Source: the human T2T-CHM13v2.0 reference genome, Homo sapiens. Taken from it: DNA of 64,000 nucleotides. Position 1 is the first letter of the stretch. Every line of letters starts with the position of its first letter. Location of the stretch: NCBI RefSeq assembly GCF_009914755.1, contig NC_060943.1. One strand, 5' to 3'. Positions 53,101-64,000 of the stretch are shown here, piece after piece. The notes below the pieces were generated by a model. The model was given only the letters and a program-made list of their open reading frames with translations. It searched no databases and had not been told where the DNA came from. The translations under genes and the position numbers were made by a program.

Positions 53101-54390
53101 TGCATTCACCTCACAGAGTGGAACCTTTCTTTGGATAGAGCAGTTTTGAAACAGTCTTTCTCTAGTATCTGCAAGTGTTCATTTTGAGCGCTTTGAGGCC
53201 CATGATGGAAAAGGAAATATTTTCACATAAAAACTAGACAGAAGCTTTCTCAGGAACTTCATTGAGATGTGTGCATTAAAGTAACTGAGTTGAATACGTC
53301 TTTTGATAGAGCAGTATTGAAACACTTCTTTTGTAGAATCTGCCTGTGGATATCTGGAACTCTTTGAAGAATTCTTTGGAAACGGCTATCTTCACATAAA
53401 AAGTAGACCCAAGCATTCACAGAACGTTCTTTGTGACATGTACATTGGACTCCCAGACTTGAAACTTTCTTTTGATAGAGCAGTGTTGGAACACACTTTT
53501 TGTAGAATCTTCATGTGTTCGTTTGGAGTGCTCGGTTGCCTATGGTGGAAAAAGGAATATCTTCACCTAAAAACCAGACAGAAGCATTCTCAGAGACTGC
53601 TTTGTGATGTGTGTGTTCAATTCGCAGAGTTGAAAGTTGCTTTGGATAGAGCAGTTTTGAAACACTGCTTTTGTAGAATCTGCTTGTTGCTATTGGGGGC
53701 TCTTTGAGGAATTTGTTGTAAACGGGATATCTTCACATACAAAGTAGACAGAAGCATTCTCAGAAACTGCTCTGTGATGTGTGCATTCAACTCACAGAGT
53801 TGAACCTTCCTTTTGCGAGAGCTGTTTTGAAGCAGTCTTTTTGTGGTATCTGCAATTGGATATTTGGATCGATTTGAGGCCTAAGATGGAAAAGGAAATA
53901 TCTTCACATACAAACTAGACAGAAGCATTCTCAGACACTGCGTTGTGATGTGTGCATTCAACTCACAGAGTTGAACCTTCCTTTTGAGAGCAGTTTTGAA
54001 ACAGTCTTTTTGAAGTATCTGCAAGTGGATGTTTGGAGAGATTTGAGGCCTAAGATGGAAAAGGATATATCTTCACCTAAAAACTAGGCAGAAGCATTCT
54101 CAGAAACTGCTTTGTGATGTGGGGATTCAACTCACAGGCTTGAAACTTTCTTTTGATAGAGCAGGGTTCAAACACATTTTTGTAGAATCTGCAAGTGTTC
54201 ATTTGGAGTGCTTTCTTGCCCATGGTGGAAAAAGAAATATCTTCACGTAAAAACTAGACAGAAACATTCTCAGAAAATACTTTGTGATGTGGTTGTTCAA
54301 TTCACAGGGTTGAACCTTTCTTTAGATAAAGCAGTTTTGAAACACTGCTTTTGTAGAATCTTCTTGTGGATATTTGGAGCTGTTTGAGGA

Positions 54391-54407
54391 ATTCGTTTTA
54401 AACGGGA
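54391..54407 (+). promoter_or_regulatory. CENP-B box (m32)
   Basis: ATTCGTTTTAAACGGGA. Confidence 0.85.
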
Positions 54408-55584
54408 TATCTTCACATTCAAACTAGTCAGAAGCATTCTCAGAAACTGGTTTGTGATGTGTGCATTCTACTCACAGAGTTGAACCTTCCTTTTGAGAGA
54501 GCAGTTTTGAAACAATCTTTTTGTATTCTCTACAAGTGGATACTTGGAGCAATGGGAGGACTAAGATTGAAAAGGAAATATCTTCACGGCCAAACTTGAC
54601 AGAAGCTTTCTCAGAATCTGCTTTGTGATGTGTGCATTTACCTCACAGAGTGGAACCGTCCTTTTGATAGAGCAGTTCTGAAACAGTCTTTTTGTAGGAT
54701 CTGCGAGTGTTCATTTTGGAGCGCTTTTAAGCCTTTGGCGGAAAAGGAAATATCTTCACAAAAAAACTAGACAGAGGCATGCTCAGGAACTTCACTGAGA
54801 TGTGTGCATTCAAGTAACTGAGTTGAATCTGCCTTTTGATAGAGCAGAATTGAAACACTCCTTTTGTAGAATCTGCTTGTGGATATTTGGAACTCTTTCA
54901 GGAGTTCGTTGGCAGCTGGTATCTTCACAAAAAAAGGAGACCCAAGGATTCTCAAAAAGTTCCTTGAGATGTGTGCCTTAAACTCACAGACTTCAAACTT
55001 TCTTTTGAGAGATCAGTGTTGGAACACGCTTTTTGTAGAATCTGCAAGTGTTCATTTAGTGCGCTTTGTTGCCTATGGTGGAAAAAGAAATATCTTCAAA
55101 TGAAAACTAGACAGAAACATTCTCAGAAACTCCTTTGTGAAGTGTGTGTCAAATTCACAGAATTGAAATATTCCTTTGATAGCGCAGCTTTGAAACACCG
55201 CTTTTATAGGATCTGCTTGTGGATATCTGGAGCTCTTTGAGGAATTTGTTGTAAACGGGATATCTTCACATACAAAGTAGACAGAAGCATTCTCAGAAAC
55301 TGCTTTGTGATGTGTGCATTCCAATCACAGACTTCAACCTTTCTTTTGAAAGAGCAGTGTTCAAACACACATTTTGTAGGATGTGCAAGTGTTCACTTGG
55401 AGCGCTTTTTTGCCTATGGTGGAAAAAGAAATATCTTCACATAAATACTAGACAGAAGCATTCTCAGAAACGCCTTAGTGATGTGTTTGTTCTATTCAGA
55501 GAGTTGAACCTTTCTTTTGATAGAGCAGTTTTGATACACTGCTTCTGTAGAATCTGCTTGTGGATATTTGGAGCTCTTTGAGGA

Positions 55585-55601
55585 ATTCGTTGTAAACGGG
55601 A
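55585..55601 (+). promoter_or_regulatory. CENP-B box (m7)
   Basis: ATTCGTTGTAAACGGGA. Confidence 0.88.
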
Positions 55602-56478
55602 TATCTTCACATACAAACTAGACAGAAGCATTCTCAGAAACTGCTTTGTGGTGTGTGCATTCAACTCACAGAGTTGAACCTTCCTTCTGAGAGAGCAGTT
55701 TTTAAACAGTCTCTTTGAAATATCTGCAAGTGGATATTTGGAGCGATGAGAAGTCTAAGTTTGAAAAGGAAATACCCTCACATACAAACTAGACAGAAGC
55801 AATCTCATTAACTGCTTTGCGATGTGTGCATTCAGCTCACAGAGTTGAACCTTCCTTTTGAGAGAGCAGTTTTGAAACAGTTTTTTGTAGTATCCTCAAG
55901 TGGATATATGGAGCGATGTGAGGCTTAAGATGGAAACGAGAATATCTTCACATACAAACTAGAAAGAAGCATTCTCAGAAACTGCTTTGTGATGGGTGCA
56001 TTCAACTCAGAGACTTGAACATTTCTTTAGACGGAGCAGTGTTGAAACACACATATGCAGAATCTGCAAGAGTTCATTTGGAGCGCTTTGATGCCTATGG
56101 TGGAAAAAGAAATATCTTCACATAAAGACTAGAAAGAAGCGTTCTCCGAAACTCCTTTGTGATATATGTGTTCAGTTCACAGAGTTGAACCTTTCTTTTG
56201 ATTGAGCAGTTTTGAAACACTGCTTTTCTAGAATCTGCTTTTGGATATTTGAAGCTCTTTGACGAATTCGCTGTCAATGTTATATCTTCACATACAAACT
56301 AGACAGAAGCATTCTCAGAAACTGCTTTTTGATGTGTGCATTCAACACACGGAGTTGAACCTTCCTTCTGAGAACAGTTTTGAAGCAGTCTTTTTGTGGT
56401 ATCTGCAAGTCGATATTTGGAACGATTTGGGACCTATGAGGGAAAAGGAACTATCTTCACATACAAGCTAGACAGAAG

Positions 56479-56649
56479 CATACTCAGAAACTGCTTTGTG
56501 ATGTGTGCATTCAACTCACAGAGTTGAGCCTTCCTTTTGAGAGAGAGGTTTTGAAACAGTCTTTTTGTAGTATATACAAGTGGATATTTTTAGTGATTTG
56601 AGGTCTAATATGGAAAAGGAAATACCTTCACCTACAAACTAGACAGAAG
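56479..56649 (+). repeat. Variant A-type monomer X, second copy
   Basis: Same diagnostic motifs as 34831-35001. Confidence 0.92.
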
Positions 56650-59600
56650 CATTCTCAGAAACTGCTTTGTGATGTGTGCATTCAACACACGGAGTTGAAC
56701 CTTCCTTCTGAGGGAACGGTTTTCAAACAGTCTTTTTGTAGTATCTGCAAGTCGATATTTGGAACGATTTGAGGCCTATGAGGGAAAAGGAACTATCTTC
56801 ACATACAAACTAGAAAGAAGCATGCTCAGAAACTGCTGTGTGATGTGTGCATTCAACTCACAGAGTTGAACCTTCCTTTTGAGAGAGACGTTTTGAAACA
56901 GTCTTTTTGTAGTATGTACAGGTGGATATTTTTGGTGATTTGAGGTCTAAGATGGAAAAGGAAATACCTTCACCTACAAACTAGACAGAAGCATTCTCAG
57001 AAACTGCTTTGTGATGTGTGCATTAAACTTACAGACTTGAAACCTTATTTTGATAGAGCAGTGTTGAAACACACTTTTTATAGAATCTGCAAGTGTTCAT
57101 TTGGAGAGCTTTGTTGCCTGTGGTGGAAAAAGAAATGTGTTCACATACAAACTAGAAAGAAGCCTTCTCAGAAACTCCTTTGAGATGTTTGTGTCCAATT
57201 CACAAAGTTGAACCTTTCTTTTGATAGAGCAGATTTGAAACACTGCTTTTGTAGAATCTGCTTGCATGTATTTGGAGGTCTTTGAGGAATTGGGCGTATA
57301 CGGGATATCTTCACATACAAATTACACAGAAGCATTCTCAGAAACTGCTCTGTGATGTGTGCATTCAACTAACAGAGTTGAAACTTTCTTTGGAGAAAGC
57401 AGTTCTGAAACAGTCTTTTTGTAGTATCTGCAAGTGGATACTTGGAGCGATTTGAGGCCTATGATGGAAAAGGAAATATGTTCACTTACAAACTAGACAG
57501 AAGCATTCTCAGAAACTGCTTTGTGATGTGTGTGTTCAATTCACAGGGTTGACTCTTTCTTTTGATTGAGCAGTTTTGAACCACCTGTTTTGTAGAATCT
57601 GCTTGTGGATATTTGTAGCTCTTGGAGGAATTCTTTGTAAAAGGGATATCTTCACATACACACTAGTCAGAAGCATTCTCAGAAACTTCTTTGTGATGTG
57701 TGAATTGAACTCACAGAGTTGAACCTTCCTTTTGAGAGAGCCGTTTTGAAACAATCTTTTTGAAGTATCTTCAATTGGATGTTTGTAGTGATTTGAGGCC
57801 TAAGATGGAATAGGAAATATCTTCACATACAATCTAGACAGAAGCACTCTCAGAAGCTGCTTGGTGATGTCTGCATTCAACTCACAGACTTGAACCCTTG
57901 TTTTGAAAGAGCAGTGTTGAAACACACATTTTGTACGATCTGCAAGTGTTCATTTGGAACGCTGTTGTGCCTATGGTGGATAAAGAAATATCTTCACATA
58001 AATACTAGAAAGTAGCATTCTCAGAAACTGCTTTGTGATGTGTGCATTCAACTCACAGAGTTGCACCTTCCTTTTGAGAGAGAGGTTTTGAAACAGTCTT
58101 TTTGTAGTATCTGCAAGTGGATATTTTTAGTGATTTGAGGTCTAAGATGGAAAAGGAAATACCTTCACCTACAAACTAGACAGAAGCATTCTCAGAAACT
58201 GCTTTGTGATGTGTGCATTAAACTTACAGACTTGAAACTTTATTTTGATAGAGCAGTGTTGAAACACACTTTTTATAGAATCTGCAAGTGTTCATTTGGA
58301 GAGCTTTGTTGCCTGTGGTGGAAAAAGGAATATGTTCACCTAGAAACTAGAAAGAAGCCTTCTCAGAAACTCCTTTGAGATGTTTGTGTCCAATTCACAA
58401 AGTTGAACCTTTCTTTTGATAGAGCAGATTTGAAACACTGCTTTTGTAGAATCTGCTTGCGGATATTTGGCGGTCTTTTAGGAATTGGGCGTATACGGGA
58501 GATCTTCACATACAAGTTACACAGAAGCATTCTCAGAAACTGCTTTGTGATGTGTGCATTCAACTCACAGAGTTGAAACTTTCTTTTGAGAAAGCAGTTT
58601 TGAAACAGTCTTTTTGTAGTATCTGCAAGTGGATATTTGGAGCGATTTGAGGCCTATGATGGAAAAGGAAATATGTTCACATACAAACTAGACAGAAGCG
58701 TTCTGAGAAACTGCTTTGTGATGTGTGCATTCACCTCACAGAGTGGAACCTTTCTTTGGATAGAGCAGTTTTGAAACAGTCTTTCTCTAGTATCTGCAAG
58801 TGTTCATTTTGAGCGCTTTGAGGCCCATGATGGAAAAGGAAATATTTTCACATAAAAACTAGACAGAAGCTTTCTCAGGAACTTCATTGAGATGTGTGCA
58901 TTAAAGTAACTGAGTTGAATACGTCTTTTGATAGAGCAGTATTGAAACACTTCTTTTGTAGAATCTGCCTGTGGATATCTGGAACTCTTTGAAGAATTCT
59001 TTGGAAACGGCTATCTTCACATAAAAAGTAGACCCAAGCATTCACAGAACGTTCTTTGTGACATGTACATTGGACTCCCAGACTTGAAACTTTCTTTTGA
59101 TAGAGCAGTGTTGGAACACACTTTTTGTAGAATCTTCATGTGTTCGTTTGGAGTGCTCTGTTGCCTATGGTGGAAAAAGGAATATCTTCACCTAAAAACC
59201 AGACAGAAGCATTCTCAGAGACTGCTTTGTGATGTGTGTGTTCAATTCGCAGAGTTGAAAGTTGCTTTGGATAGAGCAGTTTTGAAACACTGCTTTTGTA
59301 GAATCTGCTTGTTGCTATTGGGGGCTCTTTGAGGAATTTGTTGTAAACGGGATATCTTCACATACAAAGTAGACAGAAGCATTCTCAGAAACTGCTCTGT
59401 GATGTGTGCATTCAACTCACAGAGTTGAACCTTCCTTTTGCGAGAGCTGTTTTGAAGCAGTCTTTTTGTGGTATCTGCAATTGGATATTTGGATCGATTT
59501 GAGGCCTAAGATGGAAAAGGAAATATCTTCACATACAAACTAGACAGAAGCATTCTCAGACACTGCGTTGTGATGTGTGCATTCAACTCACAGAGTTGAA

Positions 59601-60016
59601 CCTTCCTTTTGAGAGCAGTTTTGAAACAGTCTTTTTGAAGTATCTGCAAGTGGATGTTTGGAGAGATTTGAGGCCTAAGATGGAAAAGGATATATCTTCA
59701 CCTAAAAACTAGGCAGAAGCATTCTCAGAAACTGCTTTGTGATGTGGGGATTCAACTCACAGGCTTGAAACTTTCTTTTGATAGAGCAGGGTTGAAACAC
59801 ACTTTTTGTAGAATCTGCAAGTGTTCATTTGGAGTGCTTTCTTGCCCATGGTGGAAAAAGAAATATCTTCACGTAAAAACTAGACAGAAACATTCTCAGA
59901 AAATACTTTGTGATGTGGTTGTTCAATTCACAGGGTTGAACCTTTCTTTAGATAAAGCAGTTTTGAAACACTGCTTTTGTAGAATCTTCTTGTGGATATT
60001 TGGAGCTGTTTGAGGA

Positions 60017-60033
60017 ATTCGTTTTAAACGGGA
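60017..60033 (+). promoter_or_regulatory. CENP-B box (m32)
   Basis: ATTCGTTTTAAACGGGA. Confidence 0.85.
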
Positions 60034-61210
60034 TATCTTCACATTCAAACTAGTCAGAAGCATTCTCAGAAACTGGTTTGTGATGTGTGCATTCTACTCA
60101 CAGAGTTGAACCTTCCTTTTGAGAGAGCAGTTTTGAAACAATCTTTTTGTATTCTCTACAAGTGGATACTTGGAGCAATGGGAGGACTAAGATTGAAAAG
60201 GAAATATCTTCACGGCCAAACTTGACAGAAGCTTTCTCAGAATCTGCTTTGTGATGTGTGCATTTACCTCACAGAGTGGAACCGTCCTTTTGATAGAGCA
60301 GTTCTGAAACAGTCTTTTTGTAGGATCTGCGAGTGTTCATTTTGGAGCGCTTTTAAGCCTTTGGCGGAAAAGGAAATATCTTCACAAAAAAACTAGACAG
60401 AGGCATGCTCAGGAACTTCACTGAGATGTGTGCATTCAAGTAACTGAGTTGAATCTGCCTTTTGATAGAGCAGAATTGAAACACTCCTTTTGTAGAATCT
60501 GCTTGTGGATATTTGGAACTCTTTCAGGAGTTCGTTGGCAGCTGGTATCTTCACAAAAAAAGGAGACCCAAGGATTCTCAAAAAGTTCCTTGAGATGTGT
60601 GCCTTAAACTCACAGACTTCAAACTTTCTTTTGAGAGATCAGTGTTGGAACACGCTTTTTGTAGAATCTGCAAGTGTTCATTTAGTGCGCTTTGTTGCCT
60701 ATGGTGGAAAAAGAAATATCTTCAAATGAAAACTAGACAGAAACATTCTCAGAAACTCCTTTGTGAAGTGTGTGTCAAATTCACAGAATTGAAATATTCC
60801 TTTGATAGCGCAGCTTTGAAACACCGCTTTTATAGGATCTGCTTGTGGATATCTGGAGCTCTTTGAGGAATTTGTTGTAAACGGGATATCTTCACATACA
60901 AAGTAGACAGAAGCATTCTCAGAAACTGCTTTGTGATGTGTGCATTCCAATCACAGACTTCAACCTTTCTTTTGAAAGAGCAGTGTTCAAACACACATTT
61001 TGTAGGATGTGCAAGTGTTCACTTGGAGCGCTTTTTTGCCTATGGTGGAAAAAGAAATATCTTCACATAAATACTAGACAGAAGCATTCTCAGAAACGCC
61101 TTAGTGATGTGTTTGTTCTATTCAGAGAGTTGAACCTTTCTTTTGATAGAGCAGTTTTGATACACTGCTTCTGTAGAATCTGCTTGTGGATATTTGGAGC
61201 TCTTTGAGGA

Positions 61211-61227
61211 ATTCGTTGTAAACGGGA
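61211..61227 (+). promoter_or_regulatory. CENP-B box (m7)
   Basis: ATTCGTTGTAAACGGGA. Confidence 0.88.
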
Positions 61228-61935
61228 TATCTTCACATACAAACTAGACAGAAGCATTCTCAGAAACTGCTTTGTGGTGTGTGCATTCAACTCACAGAGT
61301 TGAACCTTCCTTCTGAGAGAGCAGTTTTTAAACAGTCTCTTTGAAATATCTGCAAGTGGATATTTGGAGCGATGGGAAGTCTAAGTTTGAAAAGGAAATA
61401 TCCTCACATACAAACTAGACAGAAGCAATCTCATTAACTGCTTTGCGATGTGTGCATTCAGCTCACAGAGTTGAACCTTCCTTTTGAGAGAGCAGTTTTG
61501 AAACAGTTTTTTGTAGTATCCTCAAGTGGATATATGGAGCGATGTGAGGCTTAAGATGGAAACGGGAATATCTTCACATGCAAACTAGAAAGAAGCATTC
61601 TCAGAAACTGCTTTGTGATGGGTGCATTCAACTCAGAGACTTGAACATTTCTTTAGACGGAGCAGTGTTGAAACACACATATGCAGAATCTGCAAGAGTT
61701 CATTTGGAGCGCTTTGATGCCTATGGTGGAAAAAGAAATATCTTCACATAAAGACTAGAAAGAAGCGTTCTCCGAAACTCCTTTGTGATATATGTGTTCA
61801 GTTCACAGAGTTGAACCTTTCTTTTGATTGAGCAGTTTTGAAACACTGCTTTTCTAGAATCTGCTTTTGGATATTTGAAGCTCTTTGACGAATTCACTGT
61901 CAATGTTATATCTTCACATACAAACTAGACAGAAG

Positions 61936-62104
61936 CATTCTCAGAAACTGCTTTTTGATGTGTGCATTCAACACACGGAGTTGAACCTTCCTTCTGAGAA
62001 CAGTTTTGAAGCAGTCTTTTTGTGGTATCTGCAAGTCGATATTTGGAACGATTTGAGGCCTATGAGGGAAAAGGAACTATCTTCACATACAAACTAGACA
62101 GAAG
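61936..62104 (+). repeat. Hybrid monomer m12/m13
   Basis: 5' part has m12 markers (CTTTTTGATG, GAGAACAGTTTTGAAGCAG, TGTGGTATC); 3' part has m13 markers (TTTGAGGCCTATG, CACATACAAACTAG). Confidence 0.9.
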
Positions 62105-64000
62105 CATGCTCAGAAACTGCTGTGTGATGTGTGCATTCAACTCACAGAGTTGAACCTTCCTTTTGAGAGAGACGTTTTGAAACAGTCTTTTTGTAGTATG
62201 TACAGGTGGATATTTTTGGTGATTTGAGGTCTAAGATGGAAAAGGAAATACCTTCACCTACAAACTAGACAGAAGCATTCTCAGAAACTGCTTTGTGATG
62301 TGTGCATTAAACTTACAGACTTGAAACCTTATTTTGATAGAGCAGTGTTGAAACACACTTTTTATAGAATCTGCAAGTGTTCATTTGGAGAGCTTTGTTT
62401 CCTGTGGTGGAAAAAGAAATGTGTTCACATACAAACTAGAAAGAAGCCTTCTCAGAAACTCCTTTGAGATGTTTGTGTCTAATTCACAAAGTTGAACCTT
62501 TCTTTTGATAGAGCAGATTTGAAACACTGCTTTTGTAGAATCTGCTTGCGTGTATTTGGAGGTCTTTGAGGAATTGGGCGTATATGGGATATCTTCACAT
62601 ACAAATTACACAGAAGCATTCTCAGAAACTGCTCTGTGATGTGTGCATTCAACTAACAGAGTTGAAACTTTCTTTGGAGAAAGCAGTTCTGAAACAGTCT
62701 TTTTGTAGTATCTGCAAGTGGATACTTGGAGCGATTTGAGGCCTATGATGGAAAAGGAAATATGTTCACTTACAAACTAGACAGAAGCATTCTCAGAAAC
62801 TGCTTTGTGATGTGTGTGTTCAATTCACAGGGTTGACTCTTTCTTTTGATTGAGCAGTTTTGAACCACCTGTTTTGTAGAATCTGCTTGTGGATATTTGT
62901 AGCTCTTGGAGGAATTCTTTGTAAAAGGGATATCTTCACATACACACTAGTCAGAAGCATTCTCAGAAACTTCTTTGTGATGTGTGAATTGAACTCACAG
63001 AGTTGAACCTTCCTTTTGAGAGAGCCGTTTTGAAACAATCTTTTTGAAGTATCTTCAATTGGATGTTTGTAGTGATTTGAGGCCTAAGATGGAATAGGAA
63101 ATATCTTCACATACAATCTAGACAGAAGCACTCTCAGAAGCTGCTTGGTGATGTCTGCATTCAACTCACAGACTTGAACCCTTGTTTTGCAAGAGCAGTG
63201 TTGAAACACACATTTTGTACGATCTGCAAGTGTTCATTTGGAACGCTGTTGTGCCTATGGTGGATAAAGAAATATCTTCACATAAATACTAGAAAGTAGC
63301 ATTCTCAGAAACTGCTTTGTGATGTGTGCATTCAACTCACAGAGTTGCACCTTCCTTTTGAGAGAGAGGTTTTGAAACAGTCTTTTTGTAGTATCTGCAA
63401 GTGGATATTTTTAGTGATTTGAGGTCTAAGATGGAAAAGGAAATACCTTCACCTACAAACTAGACAGAAGCATTCTCAGAAACTGCTTTGTGATGTGTGC
63501 ATTAAACTTACAGACTTGAAACTTTATTTTGATAGAGCAGTGTTGAAACACACTTTTTATAGAATCTGCAAGTGTTCATTTGGAGAGCTTTGTTGCCTGT
63601 GGTGGAAAAAGGAATATGTTCACCTAGAAACTAGAAAGAAGCCTTCTCAGAAACTCCTTTGAGATGTTTGTGTCCAATTCACAAAGTTGAACCTTTCTTT
63701 TGATAGAGCAGATTTGAAACACTGCTTTTGTAGAATCTGCTTGCGGATATTTGGCGGTCTTTTAGGAATTGGGCGTATACGGGAGATCTTCACATACAAG
63801 TTACACAGAAGCATTCTCAGAAACTGCTTTGTGATGTGTGCATTCAACTCACAGAGTTGAAACTTTCTTTTGAGAAAGCAGTTTTGAAACAGTCTTTTTG
63901 TAGTATCTGCAAGTGGATATTTGGAGCGATTTGAGGCCTATGATGGAAAAGGAAATATGTTCACATACAAACTAGACAGAAGCGTTCTGAGAAACTGCTT

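Larger units (their letters stand above)
48981..54434 (+). repeat. HOR copy 10, 32-mer with 1-bp deletion in m31 (5454 bp)
   Basis: AAACACATTTTTG near 54176 versus AAACACACTTTTTG in other copies; ORF 49313 to 54767 = 5454. Confidence 0.96.
54435..60060 (+). repeat. HOR copy 11, variant 33-mer (5626 bp): m12-X-m13-m14-m15
   Basis: Period rises by 171 (ORF 54767 to 60393). Extra monomer X at 56479-56649 lies between m12 and m13. Confidence 0.95.
1..64000 (+). repeat. Alpha-satellite (alphoid) centromeric/pericentromeric tandem array, ~171-bp monomers organised as a 32-mer HOR; SF5 (R1/R2)-like
   Basis: Alphoid consensus motifs (CATTCTCAGAAACTGCTTTGTGATGTGTGCATTCAACTCACAGAGTTGAACC...GGAAATATCTTCACATACAAACTAGACAGAAG) recur every 169-172 bp over the whole window in one orientation. 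The ORF track repeats at 5455-bp offsets. The alpha-satellite call is certain; the SF5 assignment is an inference from irregular A/B alternation. Confidence 0.99.
60061..64000 (+). repeat. HOR copy 12 (truncated by window end in m25), 31-mer type with an m12/m13 hybrid monomer
   Basis: ORF spacing 61885 to 62820 = 935 versus 1106 in the canonical unit; a single hybrid monomer at 61936-62104 is followed by m14. Confidence 0.93.

Noticed and set aside
389-63847. Short ORFs (60-89 aa) on both strands, e.g. the recurring 89-aa '...CLWWKKKYLH.KTRQKHSQKLLC...' peptides
   Set aside because: They are translations of alpha-satellite A2-B dimers recurring at the HOR period. Many use non-ATG starts, they overlap in several frames, resemble no protein family I recognise, and one is broken by the copy 10 indel.
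1-64000. CRISPR-like repeat/spacer array or other prokaryotic system
   Set aside because: There are no unique spacers: the whole 171-bp unit is homologous between monomers. No cas or other genes are present, and the sequence is primate satellite DNA.
1-64000. Human Y centromere DYZ3 (also a long HOR)
   Set aside because: DYZ3 is a 34-mer of about 5.8 kb made of A-type monomers without CENP-B boxes. This array is a 32-mer with B-type monomers and intact boxes.
1-64000. Embedded L1/Alu/LTR insertions, inversions or non-alphoid islands
   Set aside because: Unit lengths are fully accounted for by monomer counts, orientation never changes, and there are no poly-A tails or foreign sequence.

Overview
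The whole 64 kb window is primate centromeric alpha-satellite DNA: ~171-bp AT-rich monomers, head-to-tail, all in one orientation. I see no genes, transposon insertions or inversions. The monomers form a highly homogeneous higher-order repeat (HOR). The canonical unit is 5455 bp = 32 monomers (m1-m32, counted from the CATTCTCAGAAACT-like motif at position 57). There are 11 complete copies and one partial copy. Nine complete copies are 32-mers (copy 10 is 5454 bp from a 1-bp deletion), copy 7 is a 31-mer (5284 bp), copy 11 is a 33-mer (5626 bp), and partial copy 12 is a second, structurally different 31-mer. Each 32-mer has 22 A-type and 10 B-type monomers in irregular alternation, and only two B boxes keep an intact CENP-B core. 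This resembles the older SF5 (R1/R2) alpha-satellite class, but species and chromosome cannot be fixed without a search. All listed ORFs are repeat artefacts. I did not find a new gene system. The informative signal is evolutionary: a monomer ('X') absent from the dominant unit, a structural hotspot at m12-m14, nested older sub-repeats, and mosaic SNP patterns implying recombination or gene conversion between copies.
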